DNA of 64,000 nt, taken from positions 11,580-75,579 of the forward strand of contig JAFGME010000068.1 in assembly GCA_016927695.1 (NCBI GenBank), read 5' to 3'. The notes under the pieces are model-generated. The model was given only the letters and a program-made list of their open reading frames with translations. It ran no database searches and was not told the DNA's origin. This document shows positions 38,516-46,116 of this stretch, piece by piece. The stretch comes from Bacteroidales bacterium. Lineage in GTDB: Bacteria; Bacteroidota; Bacteroidia; Bacteroidales; JAFGHD01. The position numbers and the translations under genes are program-made. The number at the start of each line of letters is the position of its first letter. Within the stretch, counting starts at the first letter, position 1.

Positions 38516-39421
38516 TTATTTGAGGGTTTTCTCCAAAACCTTCGACAAAGATAATGAATCTTCCCATCCAGAGTCAAAAAGCACCATTAAATATTTTCCA
38601 AACTCATTGAAATTTATGGCCTTACCCTCCTTGTCGACCGCTGAAAAACCCTCCTCTCCCCTATCCTGAAAATCAGTAAACTTCCGTACGCTTCTGATCT
38701 TTCCTTTGGCGTTCTGAACCCATTCGTACCTTGTTTTTTCATCTTTATATCTGAAGATCATGAACATTTTTCCATGATGTTGACCGGCCATTCCTTCATC
38801 AAAACCAAATATGGTTCCTGCACCAAAGGAGTAAACATTGTTCAGGGCCACCAAACCTTGAAAATATTTAGGGTTGTCTGACTTCACACCGGCTTTTTCC
38901 AGTTCTGTGATAAGCAGGGGCTTTTCCGTCTTTCCATCAATGGATGCACAGACTTTTTCAGCTATCTTTTGTGCTGAAGCCAAAGCCGTGGCATTTCCCC
39001 CTCCCATGTCGGAGACTCTCACAAAAGCCCTGTCTTTCCAAAGATCGAGATACGACTCGTAAAGCATTCCCTCACAGCCCTTTGAAAATGGCTTCCCACT
39101 CGCTCTGCCGTTGACCGAACAGATTCCGTAGGCAGCTTCAGCGCTTTGCATCAGGTAAATTTCAAGATGGATTTTTTGCTTTTCATGGTTGGAGTAAAAA
39201 GCCGAAACAGCTCCATCAATCCCATATTCAAGGTAAATGTCGGCCCCTCCGTTAATATACGAAAACAATTCATCCCCGAAGTAATACTCAGGCTGTGCGG
39301 ACAAACTGAAACCATCCGTCTCCCCTGCCGGCAGGTAACCCTCAAGGACACTTCTCTCCTGCTGGGCAGCGCCTGCATATACAAAAAGGATAAAAAATGC
39401 CAGAAAAATCTTTTTCATCAT
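38516..39421 (-). CDS. Secreted hypothetical protein
   Basis: The signal peptide is MMKKIFLAFFILFVYAGAAQQ. A conserved-looking motif LFSYINGGADIYLEYGI is present. The gene starts 6 nt downstream of the DUF362 gene. Confidence 0.55.
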   Translation of the reverse strand: MMKKIFLAFFILFVYAGAAQQERSVLEGYLPAGETDGFSLSAQPEYYFGDELFSYINGGADIYLEYGIDGAVSAFYSNHEKQKIHLEIYLMQSAEAAYGICSVNGRASGKPFSKGCEGMLYESYLDLWKDRAFVRVSDMGGGNATALASAQKIAEKVCASIDGKTEKPLLITELEKAGVKSDNPKYFQGLVALNNVYSFGAGTIFGFDEGMAGQHHGKMFMIFRYKDEKTRYEWVQNAKGKIRSVRKFTDFQDRGEEGFSAVDKEGKAINFNEFGKYLMVLFDSGWEDSLSLSKVLEKTLK

Positions 39422-39427
39422 CGGAAA

Positions 39428-40363
39428 TTAAATTGTGATTTCTTTAATATTCAGGGTTTCTGTGGCCATAGTGCCGATCCCCAGCTCAGATCCTTTCACT
39501 GTAGTAAGGATTTCATCCGGGGCATAACCCATATAGCCGGAACACATTGCATCCATGGCTATGATATCCGTTCCGGCCAAAACGATGTCAGGTTTCATTA
39601 GTTCTCCGGGTCCGGAAGGCCCGTTGGTGGTAATAAACTCAGTGGAATCCACAATACAGAGGTCTGTTTTTCTCAACAGGTTGATATCAGCGATGCATTG
39701 GGCCAGGTATTCAGGATCATTCCTGATTCCGGAACCAAGATGAAAAGTGACATTGCTTTTTCTTGTATTGATCCCCATTATGTTTTTTAATGCGCCGGTC
39801 AGAAGGGTGGTCATGTGATGTTTTGAAACCGGGATGTTAATAAACACATCACATTCAAGGGCTTTTTTTACAATTTCAGCCTCCTTCAGGGATTTGGCTC
39901 CGGGAATCTGATCCACTTTCACCCATTCTTCTTCGTTAAAAGTCGCGGGAAAAGTATTGGATTGAACCTGTTTCAGGGATTCAATCATTTCTTTATGGCT
40001 TTCATAATGTGAACTCCTTTGCCAGTATTCGTCCTTAACGGTTTGAATGAGGGTGATTTCCGATGCACCGGATTCAAGGATCATTTTCACGGCAGCCAGG
40101 CTGATGTCAGGATTTACAAAGGCTCCCACATGCTCAAAGTCAGAATTGATAAGGAGTGCAACCTTTGAGCCGGGACCCACGAATTTTGACATTCCGCCCA
40201 GAACCTTCACAGCCTCCAGAGTCGCCTTGTAATAATCCTGTGCATGAATCACAGAAATGTCATAATTTATAAACCTGCCGCATGAACTTAACAGATTTGC
40301 ATTAACGCAGGCCATAGCGCCCAGGGCGGCTGATTGCCGGATAAAATCTCTTCTTTTCAGCAT
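39428..40363 (-). CDS. DUF362 domain protein with twin-arginine (Tat) signal
   Basis: The Tat motif is MLKRRDFIRQSAALGAMA. DUF362-like blocks are VALLINSDF, INIPVSKHHMTTLLTGALKNIMG, LCIVDSTEFITTNGP and VLAGTDIIAMDA. Confidence 0.75.
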   Translation of the reverse strand: MLKRRDFIRQSAALGAMACVNANLLSSCGRFINYDISVIHAQDYYKATLEAVKVLGGMSKFVGPGSKVALLINSDFEHVGAFVNPDISLAAVKMILESGASEITLIQTVKDEYWQRSSHYESHKEMIESLKQVQSNTFPATFNEEEWVKVDQIPGAKSLKEAEIVKKALECDVFINIPVSKHHMTTLLTGALKNIMGINTRKSNVTFHLGSGIRNDPEYLAQCIADINLLRKTDLCIVDSTEFITTNGPSGPGELMKPDIVLAGTDIIAMDAMCSGYMGYAPDEILTTVKGSELGIGTMATETLNIKEITI

Positions 40364-40427
40364 ATTGCATTAAAAGTATTAATGAACAGTTTGCAATTTA
40401 AGATACTTTTTGTTCAAGCAAAAATAT

Positions 40428-40435
40428 GATTTATT
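40428..40435 (-). promoter_or_regulatory. Candidate -7 promoter box (TAnnTTTG on minus strand) for the DUF362 operon
   Basis: The plus strand reads CAAAAATA, which is TATTTTTG on the minus strand. It lies about 65 nt upstream of the start at 40363. Confidence 0.3.
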
Positions 40436-40476
40436 GTTAAAGCGAAGGATTTTTTTCACAGGATGACTATTATTAA

Positions 40477-40484
40477 TAGCTTTG
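40477..40484 (+). promoter_or_regulatory. Candidate -7 promoter box (TAnnTTTG) for the methyltransferase
   Basis: TAGCTTTG ends 17 nt upstream of the ATG at 40501. Confidence 0.35.
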
Positions 40485-40500
40485 CGACATAACTGCAATC

Positions 40501-41166
40501 ATGATGAAAGTCAAACCCTTCAGATTAGTTAAGATAAGCAGGTATAATAAGAATGATACCCTGAAAATATTGGATGTTGGCGCTGGAAGCCATTCTGCTT
40601 CCATTGTTAAAAAATGGATTCCAAAGTGTGAATATCATGGGATTGACATTTCAAGAAATTATTATAATGACGCAAATGATTTACAATTAATGGATAATTT
40701 CTATGAAATGGATTTAACAATGCTGGAGTTTGATTCTATCCCGGAGAATTATTTTGATGTAATGATAATGTCTCACATCATCGAGCATTTGTATAATGGT
40801 GATGAAGTGATAGAAATGTTAATATCTAAACTGAAATCAGGAGGGATTATCTATATCGAATACCCGTCATTCAGAAGTACAAAACTGCCTTCGATGAAAG
40901 AAACATTAAATTTTTGGGATGACCCGACCCATTGCAGATTATACTCACTGATTGAGATATATAATCTGTTAATGAAAAACCATTTCAGGATTATTGAAGG
41001 AGGAACAAGAAGGCAATGGATAAATATTTTGTTTGTTCCTGTTAAATCCTTAGTCCAATGGCTGTCCAAAGGTTACGTCAGAGCCGGAGTAATGTGGGAT
41101 ATTTCAGGTTTTGCAGAATATGTAATTGCAGAAAAAGGAAATGGAAAAATGAACATCCATCCATAA
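40501..41166 (+). CDS. Class I SAM-dependent methyltransferase
   Basis: Motif I is ILDVGAGSH. An acidic loop (GIDIS), motif II-like FDVMIMSHIIEHL and post-II GGIIYIEYP follow. The gene is markedly AT-rich relative to its neighbours. Confidence 0.7.
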   Translation: MMKVKPFRLVKISRYNKNDTLKILDVGAGSHSASIVKKWIPKCEYHGIDISRNYYNDANDLQLMDNFYEMDLTMLEFDSIPENYFDVMIMSHIIEHLYNGDEVIEMLISKLKSGGIIYIEYPSFRSTKLPSMKETLNFWDDPTHCRLYSLIEIYNLLMKNHFRIIEGGTRRQWINILFVPVKSLVQWLSKGYVRAGVMWDISGFAEYVIAEKGNGKMNIHP

Positions 41167-41526
41167 AGGAATAAAATAAAGTTGTTTTCCCGGTTTCTGA
41201 TGTTTTACGGGGTGAAACCAAAATTTTAACCCCATTTCGTTAACAATCCCTTTACTTCATGCCAAAGCCCCTTAATACAGCAGGAATATCACACAAATAT
41301 CACGGACTTTTACAGACCGTTTTTCAGCATGTGCATTCTGTGTGAAGTTTAAGTATACAGAGAATTGCCATTTTCAAATCATCGGGATTTATTCCATCAG
41401 GTTCAACGGCAGTGCGGGTTCCGGGTAATGCGAATAAAGCTCGCGATAACTGTTACATTCCTGACATTAAACATTTGATTCGTTTTTCTGTTTTATCAAT
41501 ATAAGCAGAGAATAGGGTAAAATGGT

Positions 41527-41534
41527 TAAATTTG
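41527..41534 (+). promoter_or_regulatory. Candidate -7 promoter box (TAnnTTTG) for hmgA-hppD-fahA
   Basis: TAAATTTG ends 32 nt upstream of the ATG at 41566. Confidence 0.4.
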
Positions 41535-41565
41535 CATTAGAATACAATAAGCAAAAAATTAGTGT

Positions 41566-42723
41566 ATGTCGCATTACCACAAATCAGGCAAAATTCCACA
41601 TAAAAGGCACACCCAGTTCAGAAAAGACGATGGTTCTTTATTCCATGAACAACTCATATCGACCGAAGGATTTTCAGATATATACTCCCTGGTTTATCAC
41701 ACCCATGCTCCCACCAAAATTTTAGAAATTGGCGAACCCATTCCTGATAAACCCGAAATTGCTGTGGACGTGAACCTGCAGCACAGGAGTTTTGCTGGCT
41801 TCAATATACGTCCGGAATCCGATTACCTTAAGAGCAGAAAAGCCATCCTTGTAAACAGTGACGTTCATATTCTGCTTGCTGCTCCCATGGAATCCATGAA
41901 GGATTACTTTTTCAAAAACTCGGGAGCACACGAAATGATTTTTATCCACCAGGGAGAGGGAATCCTCAGAACAATATACGGATCCATCCGGTTTTGTTAT
42001 GGCGACCAGATGATCATACCCCGGGGTACCATATACAGGATGGAGTTTAACACCCGGGAAAACAGATTGCTTATCCTTGAATCGGTGTTGCCATTCAGAT
42101 TCCCGCGGCGGTACACAAACCGGGCAGGACAGTTGTCAGAGCAAGCCCCTTTTTGTGAGCGGGACATTAAAAAGCCCGAAAACCTTGAAACCCATGATGA
42201 AAAGGGTTCGTTCCTGATCAAAATCAAAAGAGACGGAATGATTTTCCCATATTTCTATCAGTATCATCCTTTTGACCTGGTTGGATGGGACGGATATCTG
42301 TATCCCTTTGCCCTTTCCGTGCATGATTTTGAGCCCATCACCGGTCGCATCCATCAACCGCCACCAGTGCATCAGACATTTGAAAATGACAACTTCGTCA
42401 CATGCGCTTTCGTTCCGCGATTATTTGATTATCACCCGCAGGCCATCCCTGCCCCTTACTATCACAGCAATGTCGATTCTGACGAGGTGCTTTATTATGT
42501 GGATGGCGATTTTATGAGCAGGAAACATGTTGAAAAGGGAATGATCACCCTCCACCCCACCGGAATCCCCCACGGTCCTCATCCCGGAACCGTGAATAAA
42601 AGTATTGGAAAGAAGGAAACCAATGAGCTTGCAATCATGGTGGATACTTTCAAACCTTTAAAACTTACAAGCGAAGCATCAGGAATAGAAGACCCGGATT
42701 ATTTTAAGTCATGGCTTGAGTAA
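41566..42723 (+). CDS. hmgA: Homogentisate 1,2-dioxygenase (short bacterial form)
   Basis: The N-terminus is MSHYHKSGKIPHKRHTQFRKDDGSLFHEQLISTEGFS. A cupin core follows (IFIHQGEGILRTIYG), and the His/Glu ligand region is YHSNVDSDEVLYYVDG...LHPTGIPHGPHPG. The gene sits next to hppD and fahA. Confidence 0.85.
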   Translation: MSHYHKSGKIPHKRHTQFRKDDGSLFHEQLISTEGFSDIYSLVYHTHAPTKILEIGEPIPDKPEIAVDVNLQHRSFAGFNIRPESDYLKSRKAILVNSDVHILLAAPMESMKDYFFKNSGAHEMIFIHQGEGILRTIYGSIRFCYGDQMIIPRGTIYRMEFNTRENRLLILESVLPFRFPRRYTNRAGQLSEQAPFCERDIKKPENLETHDEKGSFLIKIKRDGMIFPYFYQYHPFDLVGWDGYLYPFALSVHDFEPITGRIHQPPPVHQTFENDNFVTCAFVPRLFDYHPQAIPAPYYHSNVDSDEVLYYVDGDFMSRKHVEKGMITLHPTGIPHGPHPGTVNKSIGKKETNELAIMVDTFKPLKLTSEASGIEDPDYFKSWLE

Positions 42724-42764
42724 TGTGTTGAATTTTATGTTTAAGTAATTAATTTTATATAGTT

Positions 42765-43868
42765 ATGAATCAACTAAATACAGATTTTCTCCCAATCCTT
42801 GGAACAGATTTTGTCGAGTTCTATGCAGGCAATGCAAAGCAGGCTGCCTATTATTACAGAACGGCTTTCGGATTTCAACCGCTTGCTTACAAGGGCCTCG
42901 AAACGGGCGACAAGGAGAAAACCTCCTACGCTCTCCGGCAGGGGAAAGTCACTTTTATTTTTACCACAGCGCTTATCCCGGATTCAGACATTGCAGAACA
43001 TTGCAAACAGCATGGCGACGGAGTGAAAACAATAGCCCTCTGGGTAGACGATGCGCGGAAATCCTTTGATGAAACTGTGAAACGGGGTGGAAAACCCTTT
43101 ATGGAGCCACTCGTCCTCAGCGATGAAAACGGTGAGGTTGTGATCTCCGGAATACATACTTACGGCGAAACTGTCCATCTTTTTGTAGAAAGAAAAAATT
43201 ACCAGGGCGTTTTTCTTCCGGGATTTGTAAAGTGGGAAACCGGCTATCAGACCCGTGAGGCCGGCTTCAAATACATTGATCACATGGTGGGCAATGTCAA
43301 CTGGGGAGAAATGGACAAATGGGCCGCATTTTACCGTGATGTGATGGGATTTTCCCAACTCATTTCATTCGACGACAAGGACATATCAACACAATACACA
43401 GCCTTGATGAGCAAAGTGATGGCCAACAGCAACATGAGGATAAAATTCCCCATCAACGAACCGGCAGCTGGGTTGAACAAATCGCAGATTGAGGAATACA
43501 TTGATTTTTACCGGGGTTCGGGGGTTCAGCATGTGGCCCTGGCCACCGACAACATCATACACACAGTGGCAGAACTCAGAAATAGGGGCGTGGAATTCCT
43601 GTATGTCCCTGATGCATACTATGAAACATTGCCGGACAGGGTTGGTAAAATTGACGAAAACCTGGATGATATAAAAAGTCTGAACATCTTGGTTGACAGG
43701 GACGAGGAAGGATATCTGCTGCAAATTTTCACCAGACCGGTTGAAGACAGGCCCACGGTTTTTTATGAGATCATTCAGCGGAAAGGAGCAAAATCCTTTG
43801 GTAAGGGGAATTTCAAAGCCCTTTTTGAATCCATTGAGAGGGAACAGCAACGTAGAGGAACTTTATAA
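42765..43868 (+). CDS. hppD: 4-hydroxyphenylpyruvate dioxygenase
   Basis: The N-terminus is GTDFVEFYAGNAKQAAYYYRTAFGF. Also present are IDHMVGNV, GSGVQHVALATDNI, and the C-terminal FYEIIQRKGAKSFGKGNFKALFESIEREQ. Confidence 0.9.
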   Translation: MNQLNTDFLPILGTDFVEFYAGNAKQAAYYYRTAFGFQPLAYKGLETGDKEKTSYALRQGKVTFIFTTALIPDSDIAEHCKQHGDGVKTIALWVDDARKSFDETVKRGGKPFMEPLVLSDENGEVVISGIHTYGETVHLFVERKNYQGVFLPGFVKWETGYQTREAGFKYIDHMVGNVNWGEMDKWAAFYRDVMGFSQLISFDDKDISTQYTALMSKVMANSNMRIKFPINEPAAGLNKSQIEEYIDFYRGSGVQHVALATDNIIHTVAELRNRGVEFLYVPDAYYETLPDRVGKIDENLDDIKSLNILVDRDEEGYLLQIFTRPVEDRPTVFYEIIQRKGAKSFGKGNFKALFESIEREQQRRGTL

Positions 43869-43894
43869 AATTGCAACACATTCATTGGCTTGTT

Positions 43895-45163
43895 ATGAAA
43901 AAAGAAAAAAACAATCAAAGCTGGCTTGAAATCCCTGCCAACAGTGAGTTCTCCATGCTCAATATCCCGTTTGGCGTAATCAGGAACAAATTCGGTAAAG
44001 TACGCTGCGCAACAAGAATCGGCGATTTTGCCATTGATCTTAACGCGTTGGCCGATTACAGCTATTTTGATGATCTCGATCTTTCCGATATCACTGTTTT
44101 CAAGCAGGAAAGCCTCAACGCCTTCATTGATCTCGGCAGGCCGGCCTGGAAATCAGTGCGTAAAAGGATTATTGAAATCTTCAGCCCCGGCAGTGAAATG
44201 TTGCGGCATGAACCCGAAGAAAAGGATGATGTATTGCATCACATTTCGGAAGTCAAAGAACTTATGCCTGTATTCATCAGGGATTACACAGATTTCTACT
44301 CCAGTATGCAACATGCCGTTAATGTGGGAAAAATGTTCAGGGATCCTGACAAAGCCCTGTTACCCAACTGGAAACACATTCCTGTGGGTTATCATGGGCG
44401 GGCATCTTCCATTTTTGTATCGGGAACCAGGGTACACAGGCCAAAGGGGCAAATTTTGCCTGCCGGTTCTGACACTCCCCTCTTCGGCCCGACACAAAGT
44501 ATGGATTTCGAGCTGGAAATGGCATTTATTTCGGCTCATGCAAACAAACCCGGAGAACCTATCCCGGTTGAAAAAGCAGAGGATCATATTTTCGGACTGG
44601 TGCTTTTTAATGATCTTTCAGCCAGAGATATTCAAAAGTGGGAATATGTGCCGTTAGGTCCTTTCCAGGGCAAGAGTTTTGCCTCCGTCATCTCTCCCTG
44701 GGTGGTAACACTTGAGGCGCTGGAGCCTTTCAGAATTGACGGCCCGGTTCAGGATCCCGAAGTTTTACCCTATCTCGGATGTAAGGGTAAGAGAAGCTTT
44801 GACATTGAACTGGAAGTATTTCTCAGGCAGGACAACGGCCAAGAAACCAGGGTCTGCCAGTCCAACATGAAGCACCTTTATTGGAACATGGCCCAGCAAC
44901 TTGCCCATCAAACGGCAAACGGATGCAATATCAGTACCGGCGACCTGTATGCCTCTGGAACCATCAGCGGTCCCGAAGCCTCTTCATTTGGATCCATGCT
45001 GGAACTTAGCTGGAACGGTACAAAGCCCATCCGTCTTCAGGATGGCACGGAAAGAAAGTATATCCGGGATTATGACACCATTGTAATGAAAGGATTCAAT
45101 TCCGTCAAAGGCCAAAGGATAGGATTCGGTGAATGCAGCGTTGAAATACTTCCGTCGGTTTAA
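43895..45163 (+). CDS. fahA: Fumarylacetoacetase
   Basis: SWLEIPANSEFSMLNIPFGV, DYTDFYSS, GYHGRASS, DFELEMAFI, FGLVLFNDLSARDIQKWEYVPLGPF and GDLYASGTISG are present. I prefer the ATG at 43895 over the TTG at 43871. Confidence 0.9.
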   Translation: MKKEKNNQSWLEIPANSEFSMLNIPFGVIRNKFGKVRCATRIGDFAIDLNALADYSYFDDLDLSDITVFKQESLNAFIDLGRPAWKSVRKRIIEIFSPGSEMLRHEPEEKDDVLHHISEVKELMPVFIRDYTDFYSSMQHAVNVGKMFRDPDKALLPNWKHIPVGYHGRASSIFVSGTRVHRPKGQILPAGSDTPLFGPTQSMDFELEMAFISAHANKPGEPIPVEKAEDHIFGLVLFNDLSARDIQKWEYVPLGPFQGKSFASVISPWVVTLEALEPFRIDGPVQDPEVLPYLGCKGKRSFDIELEVFLRQDNGQETRVCQSNMKHLYWNMAQQLAHQTANGCNISTGDLYASGTISGPEASSFGSMLELSWNGTKPIRLQDGTERKYIRDYDTIVMKGFNSVKGQRIGFGECSVEILPSV

Positions 45164-45200
45164 CAGAAAACGGCAATCCTTTCACAAAAAACAATACACA

Positions 45201-46088
45201 TTGAAACACATCGATCCTGATTCGTTCCCGTTGAAAGACCTGCATCACCTCATCCTGGGGGCTGTGGTCCCGCGACCGGTTGCTTTGGCAAGCACTGTGG
45301 ACAGGAAGGGCAATCGTAACCTTTCCCCTTTCAGTTTTTTCAATGCCTTCGGCATCAACCCTCCGACGCTGATATTTTCTCCTTCCAGAAGAGGTAAGGA
45401 CAATACCACCAAGCATACTTACGAAAACATGAAAGAGGTGCCGGAAGTCGTAATCAACGCAGTTACTTTCGATATGGTTCACCAGGTAAGCCTTGCCAGC
45501 ACGGAATACCCGAAGGGTGTGGATGAATTCCTGAAATCGGGGCTAACCCCTTTGCCCTCAGACATCGTGAAGCCTTTCAGGGTAAAGGAATCTCCGGTGC
45601 AATTTGAATGCAGTGTGACGCAAATCATCGAAACAAGTGACAGACCCGGAGCCGGTAATCTGGTGATATGCCGGATTGTAAGGATTCATATTGACGAAAA
45701 GATTCTGGATGCAAAAGGACAGGTTGATCCCGACAAAATCAAACTGGTGGGAAGGCTTGGAGGGGATTATTATTGCCATACTTCGGGAGATTCAAAATTC
45801 ATTGTGCCAAAACCCCTGCAAACGCCGGGTATTGGAATTGACAGTCTGCCGGACAGTATTAAATTCAGCGAACATCTTACCGGAAACGAACTCGGCCAAT
45901 TGGGTAACCTCGAAAAAATGCCTTCCTCTGAAGAAATCCTTGAATTTTCGAAAAGCGCTGCGATAAGGGATATTGCCGGTTCCCCATCGGGCGAATCTGA
46001 GCGTAACATAAAACTGGTGGCTTATGCAAAACAACTCCTTTCAGAAGGTAAACCTGAACAGGCTCTGAAAGTTTTACTCTGCCTCTGA
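45201..46088 (+). CDS. Flavin reductase-like (FMN-binding split-barrel) family protein with C-terminal extension
   Basis: LHHLILGAVVPRPVALASTVDRKGNRNLSPFSFFNAFGINPP is the flavin-reductase-domain signature. No in-frame ATG lies near the N-terminus, so candidate starts are TTG 45201, TTG 45141 or GTG 45129. The last two overlap fahA. Confidence 0.65.
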   Translation: MKHIDPDSFPLKDLHHLILGAVVPRPVALASTVDRKGNRNLSPFSFFNAFGINPPTLIFSPSRRGKDNTTKHTYENMKEVPEVVINAVTFDMVHQVSLASTEYPKGVDEFLKSGLTPLPSDIVKPFRVKESPVQFECSVTQIIETSDRPGAGNLVICRIVRIHIDEKILDAKGQVDPDKIKLVGRLGGDYYCHTSGDSKFIVPKPLQTPGIGIDSLPDSIKFSEHLTGNELGQLGNLEKMPSSEEILEFSKSAAIRDIAGSPSGESERNIKLVAYAKQLLSEGKPEQALKVLLCL

Positions 46089-46116
46089 ATTATGGATTAT
46101 CCATTGTGATGCTCCA

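Noticed and set aside
44028-44657. 209-aa same-strand alternative-frame ORF inside fahA
   Set aside because: The fahA frame carries all the fumarylacetoacetase motifs. The +1 frame product has no motif and no independent start context.
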